Below are positions 8,772-17,201 of a stretch of 32,000 bases of DNA, one piece after another. A model generated the notes under the pieces. It did not search any database, was not told the DNA's origin, and saw nothing but the letters and a program-made list of their open reading frames with translations. The first letter of the stretch is position 1; every line of letters starts with the position of its first letter. Where the stretch lies: NCBI GenBank assembly GCA_030614005.1, contig JAUWKS010000035.1, forward strand, positions 1-32,000, read 5' to 3'. The position numbers were made by a program, and so were the translations under genes. This stretch comes from Candidatus Heimdallarchaeota archaeon. Lineage in GTDB: Archaea; Asgardarchaeota; Heimdallarchaeia; JABLTI01.

Positions 8772-9009
8772 CTGGAGTTGGACCAAATATGGGTTCGTAA
8801 CCTATATACCTGATCAATTACTAAATTGATAATTGTCTATCTCAGCACTAGACCTTGCTGGGTTTGTAGCCTTGATAGGTTAAATCCATTACCGAGCGCA
8901 AGCTGGTTAATGATGATATAGATTTAGAAAAATAAATGATAATTGTAAACATTTCTTGACTTAAAAAAGTCAAAAAGCGGTGGCTCATAACCGCGCTAAC
9001 CAACTCCAG
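8772..9009 (+). ncRNA. Unclassified ~240-nt multi-branched structured RNA (leader or independent ncRNA)
   Basis: Closing stem ctggagttgg (8772-8781) / ccaactccag (9000-9009) is a perfect 10 bp. It encloses six helical arms, including agc-GCAA-gct (GNRA tetraloop) and several G-U pairs. G+C is 89/240 (37%) in 8771-9010 versus 12/60 (20%) in an ordinary intergenic stretch (7741-7800). Confidence 0.75.
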
Positions 9010-9040
9010 CCAATTATACTCAATAGAGATGGTGATAAAA

Positions 9041-9703
9041 TTGAAAAAAACATTAGGAGACGCATTTGCACTTCGTAAAAAAATAGATAATGAACTGAAT
9101 ACCTGGATAAATCGATTAACATTAGCAAGTAAAAACACAGTACACTATAAGACAAAAGCAATTGAAGGAGATAAGAAATTCCAATCAATACCAGGTACTA
9201 AGAAAACTTACACAAGAAATTATACTATTGAAGAATGCCGAGAAAGAATTCAAAAGCTTATTGCTGAAGATCAAAAACTTGCATTGCAAATTTCCTTAAC
9301 AAACCAAAAGGCAAAAGCTACGGTAGTAGACCTAGATGGAAAAGAACAAGAATTAACTATTCCTGAATTACTTGTTCTTCGAAATGAAATTGCTCCAAAA
9401 GTTGAACGTGCTGCACGAGCAATACCAATTAGAGCTTCTGGTGTTGAGATTGTTGAGGATGGAAAAGATAAGATAGAATTCCGAGTAATAAAAACAAACT
9501 ATGTCAACAAGCAAACAATGAGCGAGAAAGGCAATGTGTTAACAAATAAGATCATTGAGGATTTCAATATAGAAGAAGTTATAGACTATGGATTAAAACA
9601 AAGAGAAGTCTTTGATTATATAGATGAAATTCATTCCTGGATGTTTCGAATCAAAGAAGCAATAAACATGGCAAATAAGACAGAATTAGAAGAATTAAAA
9701 TAA
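9041..9703 (+). CDS. DIP1984/DUF6847-like alpha-helical protein
   Basis: Three segments fit the recalled family pattern: TLGDAFALRKKI (like KLAEAL..R..L), QISLTNQKAKATV...LTIPELLVLRNEI (like RIN.TN..T.V...TLAEAL..RD.L) and IDEIHSWMFRIKEAINMANKTEL (like ID.L....R.L...IQ..NW.TEL). GGTGAT (9031-9036) precedes TTG 9041. The ORF track start is ATG 9029. Confidence 0.6.
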   Translation: MKKTLGDAFALRKKIDNELNTWINRLTLASKNTVHYKTKAIEGDKKFQSIPGTKKTYTRNYTIEECRERIQKLIAEDQKLALQISLTNQKAKATVVDLDGKEQELTIPELLVLRNEIAPKVERAARAIPIRASGVEIVEDGKDKIEFRVIKTNYVNKQTMSEKGNVLTNKIIEDFNIEEVIDYGLKQREVFDYIDEIHSWMFRIKEAINMANKTELEELK

Positions 9704-9848
9704 TTGATGAAAGTTCTAACGAACCATTATCTTTTTCTATTTTTAATGGTTGTATAATTATAGGAATTTCATTTCGTTTGTTTTTAGACCATTTTACCTC
9801 AAAGTAAATAATTAAAAGCGACAAAAACTATTGATTAATTGGTAAAAA

Positions 9849-11165
9849 ATGACTGTAAAAGACCTGAAAAAAGATTCTACTTCTTATAAAGAAACTCAAG
9901 AAGAATTAAAGAGATTAATGATGGCTGCAATTAATTACTACCAAAAAGGAGAATTCCAATCTGCTTTTATATATACAAAAAGATTGCAAAGACTTGCTCA
10001 TGAAATGAATGATGCATTGACTGAAGGTCAAGCATTATCAATGGATGGTAATATGCATTTTTCAATGGGAAATAATGAAAAAGCATTAGAAATTTCTAAA
10101 CAAATAATCAAGCAATTTCCAGATATTCCATATATTCAAGTTTCAGGATATAATTGTATTGGAATGATTAATCTGAAGGAAGGAAATATTAACGATGGTC
10201 TTAAGAATTTTAAAAAAGCATATAAAAACACAGAAAATGTGGATAATAAAGAAATTCATCGTATACGGATTCTAAGTAATATAGCAATAATCTATCGAAT
10301 AAAAGGTGATTTTAAAAATTCATTAGCAAACGTAAAGCAAAACCTTGAGCTTAGCAAACTAAATGAAGATCATTTTGGTTCTACTATATCATATGGAAAT
10401 GCTGGTCGATTATATATGGATTTTCTAAATTATAAGGACGCAATAATAAATTTTGAATCTTGTATATTCTATGCAAAAAAGATAGATGCCAAGATGTACA
10501 TTTTAGAACCTCAAATCCAAATCTGTGAATCTTTAATTATGTTAGGTGAATATGAACAAGCAGAAGTTGAGATGCGGAAAATGGAAAAAGTGTCTCAAAG
10601 TCTTAAAATTACTCAATTAATACCTGCTATAAAAACCACCACAGCTTTATGGATGTACAAAGCAAAAGGAGATCACAATGGTGCTCTGAGTCTTGTGAAG
10701 GAAGTAAACCAGCTTATCCAATCGTCCGAAAAATCATTCTTTTTTGAACATTTAGTTAAAAATTTAGCCGTAAAAATAATGATAGAACTTGATTTGGATA
10801 TGTTCCAGGAAGCGCTAGTTGATATTGAGGAAGCATTCGAAATAATTGAAAAGACAAATGCATTAGTTCAGTCTATTATCTTTTTAAATCTAAAAGGGTT
10901 ATTTAAATCTGCAGAATTTCAATTCGATGAAGCACAAAATCTACTTCAAAAAGCAATTAAACTTGCTACTGACTATGGTATAAAGAACCATTTAGAAAAA
11001 ACACAATCGAATTTAGACCTAATTCAAAACCTCGAAAGAGCCAATAATGCATATGATGTTGCTATTTCAGAACAACAGAAACAAGATAAAATGAACAAAG
11101 ATAAGATGGATTTGTTCTCATTTATCAAGGAATATGTTGAATATGCCCTTCCGAAGATACATTAA
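9849..11165 (+). CDS. Tetratricopeptide-repeat protein, 438 aa (paralog A)
   Basis: TPR-like helices (GYNCIGMINLKEGNINDGLKNFKKA, ILSNIAIIYRIKGDFKNSLA, SYGNAGRLY...YKDAI). Confidence 0.85.
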   Translation: MTVKDLKKDSTSYKETQEELKRLMMAAINYYQKGEFQSAFIYTKRLQRLAHEMNDALTEGQALSMDGNMHFSMGNNEKALEISKQIIKQFPDIPYIQVSGYNCIGMINLKEGNINDGLKNFKKAYKNTENVDNKEIHRIRILSNIAIIYRIKGDFKNSLANVKQNLELSKLNEDHFGSTISYGNAGRLYMDFLNYKDAIINFESCIFYAKKIDAKMYILEPQIQICESLIMLGEYEQAEVEMRKMEKVSQSLKITQLIPAIKTTTALWMYKAKGDHNGALSLVKEVNQLIQSSEKSFFFEHLVKNLAVKIMIELDLDMFQEALVDIEEAFEIIEKTNALVQSIIFLNLKGLFKSAEFQFDEAQNLLQKAIKLATDYGIKNHLEKTQSNLDLIQNLERANNAYDVAISEQQKQDKMNKDKMDLFSFIKEYVEYALPKIH

Positions 11166-11646
11166 TTCCTTTTTGTATATCGCTCTGCGTACGTTCTCCT
11201 ATTACAAACTTCTTTGATTCTTAATTATATCTAATACAGTTTTTGTATCGATTCTTTTGGTTCAAAAGTAAGTATTTTTTAAGTAATTTTTTCTCAATTA
11301 AGGAGCAATAATTGGAATTTTTACAAAACTAACGTAGAATAGAACCAATTTTACCTCTCTAATTATTTTTCCTATGTATAATCCTTTACTTCTACCATTA
11401 GTTATCACCTTACTGAATTCATTCTTATTCAGATACTTACGGACTGAGCAGCCCTCTTTATGCAATAACCTAGTTTAATGATACAGTTATTTGTGAATAG
11501 GTTCCTAATACATAATACCATGAAGCATTACTTTAATTTGAATTTCAATAAGTTAATTATGTCAATATCTCGCGTGTTTTTTTGGAAAATGATATCAAAA
11601 GTAATTTATAGTAATTGGTCATTTATTTGATTGGAGGATTTGCGTA

Positions 11647-14487
11647 TTGTATTACCATAATAAAACGATTGGAATTTTCTTCCTTTTTCTTCTATTTATT
11701 TCATCACAAACTTACATGATTGATAGTACTGCAGAAACGAATACTCAAGACAGCAATTTAGCTCCTAATTCTACATTTGCTTTTCTTTGGAATTTCACAC
11801 TTACTGATTATGTGGGTTATTTTCCTGTCATTGTTGATATAAATTCAGATGGAATATCTGAAGTGTTGGTAACTACAACCAATGGTTATTTATATTGTTT
11901 AGATAATTTAGGAAACATTCACTGGTCTGAAAACTTATATATTACTAGTAGGTGTTCTCCTACAGTAGTTGATATTAACAAAGATGGTTATCTTGAAATT
12001 CTAGTAACTTCTACTTCTTACCTTCTATGTATCAGTCATACTGGTCTAAAATTATGGGAAATACCTATTGGTTATAATGAGTATGATTCTCCTACGATTG
12101 CTGATTTAGATCAAGATGGTTATCTTGAAATTATTATACAAGCCAATGATAAAATTCGATGTATAAATTGGGATGGTACCAATAATTGGGAGTACACAAA
12201 TTCTGGTGTTACTGCCTCAGTTACTGTTGTAGCTGATCTAGATTCCGATGGTACTTTTGAGATTCTTTATAGTACTTTTGATAGTAAAATCATCTGTTTG
12301 AATCATTATGGTGTTAAAGAATGGGAGTATACAGTTGACATCGGAGTTATTCCTAATCTTGCAGTAGGCGATCTTGATGAGGATGGTACTAAAGAAGTAA
12401 TAATTGGTTCTGAAGATTCTATTTTACATTGTATTAATCATTTTGGAATTTTAGAATGGAAATATTTAACGAATGGGTCAATTTGTTCTGAACCTATAAT
12501 TGCTGATCTTGATAATGATGATCATTTAGAAATAATTTTTGGCTCTCTAGATTTCGGAATTTCCAGTAGTGTTTATTGCTTAAATCGTTTCGGTACATTT
12601 GAATGGAAATTTGTAAAGGATTATTCCATAAACGGGAAACTTCTTGTTGCTAACATAGATGGTGGTCATGATTTAGAAATTTTAGTACAATATAGTAATA
12701 ATAATTTATACTTGCTTAATTCCGCTGGTGCAGAGCAATTTTCTCAGGATCTTGGTGGTGAAATTCGCTTCATGTCATCTGGTTTTGTTAATGGCGATGA
12801 TGTAGCTGATCTAATTATTAGTAGAAAGTATGTAAAAGAATCTACTAATTATTATGAAATTAATTGCCTCACTTTTACTGGGATTAGTCAATCGGGTCCA
12901 CAACAATGGTATTGTTGTCGTGGTAGTTCTTTCCATACTGGTCAAATTGACTCTGATGGTGATTTCATTGATGATATGACTGAAGAGTTCTTTAACGGGA
13001 ATCCAAATCTTCAAGATACAGATTTTGATGATTTACCAGATGGTTGGGAAGTGTTTCATGGAACTAATCTGACAAATACAGATACAGATTTTGATGGTAT
13101 GCCTGATGGTTGGGAGGTTTATCATAACCTTAATCCTCGAGCTAATGATTCTTCTGTTGATAAGGATCTTGATGGACTAACTAATATCGAAGAATACAAT
13201 CTAGGAACAAGACCTGATTTAAAAGACTCAGATTTTGATGGTATGCCTGATGGTTGGGAAGTTCATAATAACTTAAATCCGCTAAGCAATGATTCAAACG
13301 AGGATTTAGATAATGATAATTTATCAAATAAAGCAGAATATGATGTTGAATCTGATCCAAATAATCCCGATACCGATTCTGATAATCTACTTGACGGTTT
13401 GGAAGTTCTCGGAATGTACTATCCATTAAACCCTGGTGCAAATACAGAAGGTTATGTTTATACCAATCCAATCTTAGCAGACTCGGATGATGACAATTAT
13501 AATGACGATGTAGAATTAGCTGCAAATACTGACCCAAATGACCCAAATGATCATCCAATAATGCCAGTGTGGTCTTGGTGGTTAACTGGTAGTTTAACAT
13601 TAGTAATATTTGCTATTATTATCATTTCTATTGCTATTTCGAATAAAAAGAGGAAAACACAAATAGTGGAAAATTCTGAACCGCTAGAGGAGGAGACGAA
13701 GGAAGCATTAAGCTATGAAGAAAAACAGGTAGAGGAAGAAAAACTAACGGAACTAATTAGACAAGAAGAACAAAAAATACGGACAGAAACAACAATAACT
13801 TTGCCTTCAAGTACAAGTAAAATTTCAGTTAAATTTTTAACAGACTTATTAAAAGCTAAATCTTTTATTATTATGGAAAACAGTGGCATTCCATTAATAT
13901 CACTTAATTTCACCCAAGATATTGATTCCACCCTTGCTTCAGGATTTCTCACAGCCATCACTAGTTTTGGTCAAGAAGTAATGTATAATGATCAACCTTC
14001 TAAAAGCAAATTTAGTCAAATGGGTCAAGAAGGAGGAATCTATTGGATTTTTGAGGGACGCAATGTGAGAGTTGCTCTATTATTTGAAAGTGAGCCCTCA
14101 AAAGAATTAAAGCGACATGTTTGGCAATTCTTGAAGCAATTTGAAAATGATTACCAAAAACAATTAGAAGCATTTACCGGGGAACTGTCGGTTTTTGAAA
14201 GTGCAAGAAACCTGCTAGAAGAGCATTTATTCATCAATTATTTGTACCCCATGAAATTAAATAGGCTAAAACTAACTGAAATCAGCTTAGATAACAACAT
14301 AGCAAAAGTGCTTGATAATTATCTTGAAAACTTCGATGATGAAGCTACATTAGATATTCATCAACTAATTGATAGGACATTTAAAGAGTTGAGAATTTTG
14401 TCTTTTGATGAGATTCTTCAACAAATAATTTACTATGTCGAAAATAACGTTCTTCTACCAATACCAATTACAATTACAGCCATGTAA
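11647..14487 (+). CDS. Single-pass surface protein: signal peptide, FG-GAP/VCBS-type propeller repeats, thrombospondin type-3-like Ca-binding repeats, TM helix, cytoplasmic longin/roadblock-like domain
   Basis: Repeated [AV]DLDxDGxxEI[IL]; repeated DTDFDGMPDGWEV; TM WSWWLTGSLTLVIFAIIIISIAIS followed by NKKRK; cytoplasmic SFIIMENSGIPLISLNF...DSTLASGFLTAITSFGQEV. A GGAGGA ribosome-binding site precedes the TTG. Confidence 0.8.
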   Translation: MYYHNKTIGIFFLFLLFISSQTYMIDSTAETNTQDSNLAPNSTFAFLWNFTLTDYVGYFPVIVDINSDGISEVLVTTTNGYLYCLDNLGNIHWSENLYITSRCSPTVVDINKDGYLEILVTSTSYLLCISHTGLKLWEIPIGYNEYDSPTIADLDQDGYLEIIIQANDKIRCINWDGTNNWEYTNSGVTASVTVVADLDSDGTFEILYSTFDSKIICLNHYGVKEWEYTVDIGVIPNLAVGDLDEDGTKEVIIGSEDSILHCINHFGILEWKYLTNGSICSEPIIADLDNDDHLEIIFGSLDFGISSSVYCLNRFGTFEWKFVKDYSINGKLLVANIDGGHDLEILVQYSNNNLYLLNSAGAEQFSQDLGGEIRFMSSGFVNGDDVADLIISRKYVKESTNYYEINCLTFTGISQSGPQQWYCCRGSSFHTGQIDSDGDFIDDMTEEFFNGNPNLQDTDFDDLPDGWEVFHGTNLTNTDTDFDGMPDGWEVYHNLNPRANDSSVDKDLDGLTNIEEYNLGTRPDLKDSDFDGMPDGWEVHNNLNPLSNDSNEDLDNDNLSNKAEYDVESDPNNPDTDSDNLLDGLEVLGMYYPLNPGANTEGYVYTNPILADSDDDNYNDDVELAANTDPNDPNDHPIMPVWSWWLTGSLTLVIFAIIIISIAISNKKRKTQIVENSEPLEEETKEALSYEEKQVEEEKLTELIRQEEQKIRTETTITLPSSTSKISVKFLTDLLKAKSFIIMENSGIPLISLNFTQDIDSTLASGFLTAITSFGQEVMYNDQPSKSKFSQMGQEGGIYWIFEGRNVRVALLFESEPSKELKRHVWQFLKQFENDYQKQLEAFTGELSVFESARNLLEEHLFINYLYPMKLNRLKLTEISLDNNIAKVLDNYLENFDDEATLDIHQLIDRTFKELRILSFDEILQQIIYYVENNVLLPIPITITAM
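13085..13259 (+). repeat. 31-nt exact direct repeat inside the Ca-binding repeat region
   Basis: cagattttgatggtatgcctgatggttggga occurs at 13085-13115 and 13229-13259 (spacing 144 nt = 48 codons), an intragenic repeat expansion. Confidence 0.85.
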
Positions 14488-14747
14488 ACTACTTGAAGAT
14501 GGATTGTAAACAAAGTTTACTATCCAAATCTATTTTTCTAATTTCCATAGAATAATATAATTAATTTAGAATAAATATGGATGTATATAATAATCTAAAT
14601 TTGATAACAAATTAAATGGATTAAAAAGTGATAATTTATTGTTGTTTTTCTATAACTTTTATTGCTTTTAAATAAACATTCTTAACGCCATAATAATAAT
14701 TCCTTAAGGTAAAAAAAAGAATCACTTGAAGAATTTTTTACATATAC

Positions 14748-16787
14748 TCATTTCTTTTCTTGAAGTTTATTTTCTAGGATTACCGCAAATAATTTTACAA
14801 TTGATTCGAAGAAATCTCGATCGTCTTTTGGGATTTCTTTTGGTTTTTGTGAGCCAAGTTGTAGAGTTCCTAAAAGATTTTTATTGGAATCAAGGATTAC
14901 AAGAGATATAAGAGACTGGGTGTTGAATACTGCTAAACGTTCCTTATATTTCTCTAATATTTTGCTCTTTGAAATATCAGGTGCAAAAATAGCTTTCTTA
15001 GTACTTGCTACTAAAGAAGGTATGGACTTTAGATCATCAACTGGCATTGGTAAGATCTTTCTTTTATCATCTTCACTGAAACCAGTTAATGCTACTGGTT
15101 CTAAAAGGCCTGAATCTTTATTGAAGTGTCTAATTGTTCCAAATTCAAATCCAAGCGTTTCGCTTACTCCTGCTATAAACAAATTGCACATTTCAAAAGG
15201 ATCATCTGCATTCATTGTTGATTCTGCAATAATACGAAAAGTATCTCTATCGCGTTTCAAAGTCGCTTTCACTTGTGTCCAAAGAAGTCTATCATCAAAT
15301 GAAGCTAAAATGCCTTTTACACAACCTTTTAGATCTTTTAAAGGAACTATCTTTAAATTTAGAACTGTTTTTTTTCCCCATTTTGAAATGTAAGTTCTTT
15401 CTGAAAAAATATCCTTACCAGTATCTATACACTGTTGAATATCATTTGATATACCAACTTCAACGAGAAGTGGGAAAGTCAATAAATTAATCTTTTTAGT
15501 CTCTTCTGCAGAAGGAGAACCAAGAATCGTTAAAGCCGTTTTATTTACACTTTGAATGTTTCCATTTAAATCACAGTTTAAAATACCAATAGGCGTTTCT
15601 TGAAACAATTTCATATATTCCTCTCTGCTTTTTCTTAAAGCTTCTTCAGCTTGCTTTCTCTCTGTTATATCTATAATCAAACCTTCCATATGTTTTTTCT
15701 CTTGATTTAAGCTTGCATGTTCTGCTCCCCAAAAAATGGAGCCATCTTTTCGAACTAATTTTACTTCATAATTATGAATGACTCCTACTTTTAGGAGCTT
15801 TCTAACAATTTTCTCTCTTGTTTTATCATTTTGATATAATAATTTTGCAGATATTTTTTTGAATTCTTCTACTGACGAGTAACCAAACATCTCAACTAGT
15901 CTAGAGTTTGCTTCTAAAATTTCTCCTGTATCTTGATTGGTCCTAAACAAACCTACAACAGCATTCTCAAACAAATTCATATAATTTAGTTCACTCTCTT
16001 TATTCTCTGTATTATCAATCATTACTGCTGATATTGATAATAGCTTTCCTTCAAGATTAAATGTACCAATGTTAAATTGTAACCACCATCGTTCTTCATC
16101 ATTTGCAGTTATTATCTTGTATTCAAGTGTCTTAGGAACAATTCCCTTTTGCATATCATTAAAATTCTTTAAGAAGTATTCATGGAAATCTGGATGAATA
16201 ATTTTTTCAATGAAATTTGGTGTTTCTTTCCAATCTCTAATTGAATACCCACTTAAGATTTCCAAGAATTTATCAACCAAAGTATATTTCCCAGAAGGGA
16301 GTTCCATTTTCAAAAAACCTCTGATTTTTTTTGAAAGTTCTTGGTAGTTTTCCTCAAATTCTTCTATCATTTGCTCTAGTTGAGTAACTTTGTGTTCTAA
16401 GTCTTTCTGATAAGTTCGTTTGTTCTTTTCTAATATTGCTCTCTTAATAATTGGGTTTAATCGTATTGATAAATCGGATTTAGGTATATAATCAACTGCA
16501 CCTTTCTTCAGAGCCTCAAGAGCTGCAGAATCATCAATCACTCCTGAGACTATAATAAATGGTGTTTCTGGGGATTCTACTATTGCGATTTCTAATGCTG
16601 CTAAACCATCAAAATTGGGTAAATGATAATCAGCTAAAATTAATTCAAAATCACCTTTTTGAAGAGCTTTAACAAAGTCCTCTCTAGTCTCGACATGCTG
16701 TACAGAACAATCACTACACTCATCAAGTAATATTTCTTTTAGAAGTTTATAATCATTTAAATTATCTTCTAAATAAAGTATCTTCAG
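14748..16787 (-). CDS. Response regulator receiver (REC) + PAS x3 + C-terminal GAF protein, with no kinase domain
   Basis: The frame is open 82 codons upstream of the track start (GTG 16541) and encodes a full receiver: LKILYLEDN...ELILADYHLPNFDG...FIIVSG...DYIPK. Candidate start is CTG 16787. PAS motifs include IIHPDF and FENAVVGLFRT/FQETPIGI, and the GAF has GTIRHFN...LLGTLQLGS. Confidence 0.85.
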   Translation of the reverse strand: MKILYLEDNLNDYKLLKEILLDECSDCSVQHVETREDFVKALQKGDFELILADYHLPNFDGLAALEIAIVESPETPFIIVSGVIDDSAALEALKKGAVDYIPKSDLSIRLNPIIKRAILEKNKRTYQKDLEHKVTQLEQMIEEFEENYQELSKKIRGFLKMELPSGKYTLVDKFLEILSGYSIRDWKETPNFIEKIIHPDFHEYFLKNFNDMQKGIVPKTLEYKIITANDEERWWLQFNIGTFNLEGKLLSISAVMIDNTENKESELNYMNLFENAVVGLFRTNQDTGEILEANSRLVEMFGYSSVEEFKKISAKLLYQNDKTREKIVRKLLKVGVIHNYEVKLVRKDGSIFWGAEHASLNQEKKHMEGLIIDITERKQAEEALRKSREEYMKLFQETPIGILNCDLNGNIQSVNKTALTILGSPSAEETKKINLLTFPLLVEVGISNDIQQCIDTGKDIFSERTYISKWGKKTVLNLKIVPLKDLKGCVKGILASFDDRLLWTQVKATLKRDRDTFRIIAESTMNADDPFEMCNLFIAGVSETLGFEFGTIRHFNKDSGLLEPVALTGFSEDDKRKILPMPVDDLKSIPSLVASTKKAIFAPDISKSKILEKYKERLAVFNTQSLISLVILDSNKNLLGTLQLGSQKPKEIPKDDRDFFESIVKLFAVILENKLQEKK

Positions 16788-17201
16788 GGGTGGCGCCTCA
16801 GGATGTTAATATTACCCTCGAAATTTTAGAATTTAAACCCATTTTCACTAGTAATTGTATAAATTACTTATAGAAGTTCTTATTGAAAAATAAATCTTCT
16901 GCTTTGTTGCTTAAAAAAACCAGAATTATTAACTTGTTCTTCTAATTAGTATCAAATTTTCACATTAGTATATTTCCAAGTCTGGAAGAAATGCTAAATT
17001 TAGATGTGTGTGCTACCTTATAGAAAAAAAAATTACTTGTCAAGTGTGTTGTTGTTGACCAAGAAAATATAGTTATTAAAACTTAAGAAATGACAAAAAG
17101 AACACTAAAATTTCAAATAGAAATCTCAAAATTTGCTTATTTGCAGAAGGCTAAAGTTATAATAATGAAATGGAGTAAGATAACTAAAGGAGAAACAACG
17201 A

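Noticed and set aside
8787-8807. tRNA gene suggested by GGUUCGUAACC
   Set aside because: Only a T-arm-like hairpin. No acceptor stem, D arm or anticodon arm in tRNA spacing, and the conserved A58 is absent.
8910-8959. Box C/D guide-RNA layout (AUGAUGA at 8910-8916, AUGAUAA at 8936-8942)
   Set aside because: The would-be D' and D boxes (UAGA, UUGA) do not match CUGA, the first guide would be only 8 nt, and the C box is embedded in the P5 arm. Kept only as a weak alternative.
8772-9009. RNase P RNA or SRP RNA identity for the structured RNA (GGCUCAU at 8982-8988 resembles the RNase P GGCUUAU motif)
   Set aside because: There is no GAGGAAAGUCC-type 5' conserved region to form P4, and no SRP helix-8 GGAA/AGCA motif.
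8772-9009. Retron msr-msd (long-range inverted repeat enclosing hairpins) or group I/II intron
   Set aside because: No reverse transcriptase or homing endonuclease in the window, no interrupted host gene, and no convincing P7 or domain V catalytic motif.
13085-13259. CRISPR-like direct repeats
   Set aside because: Only two exact copies, 144 nt apart, in frame within a coding Ca-binding repeat. No cas genes.
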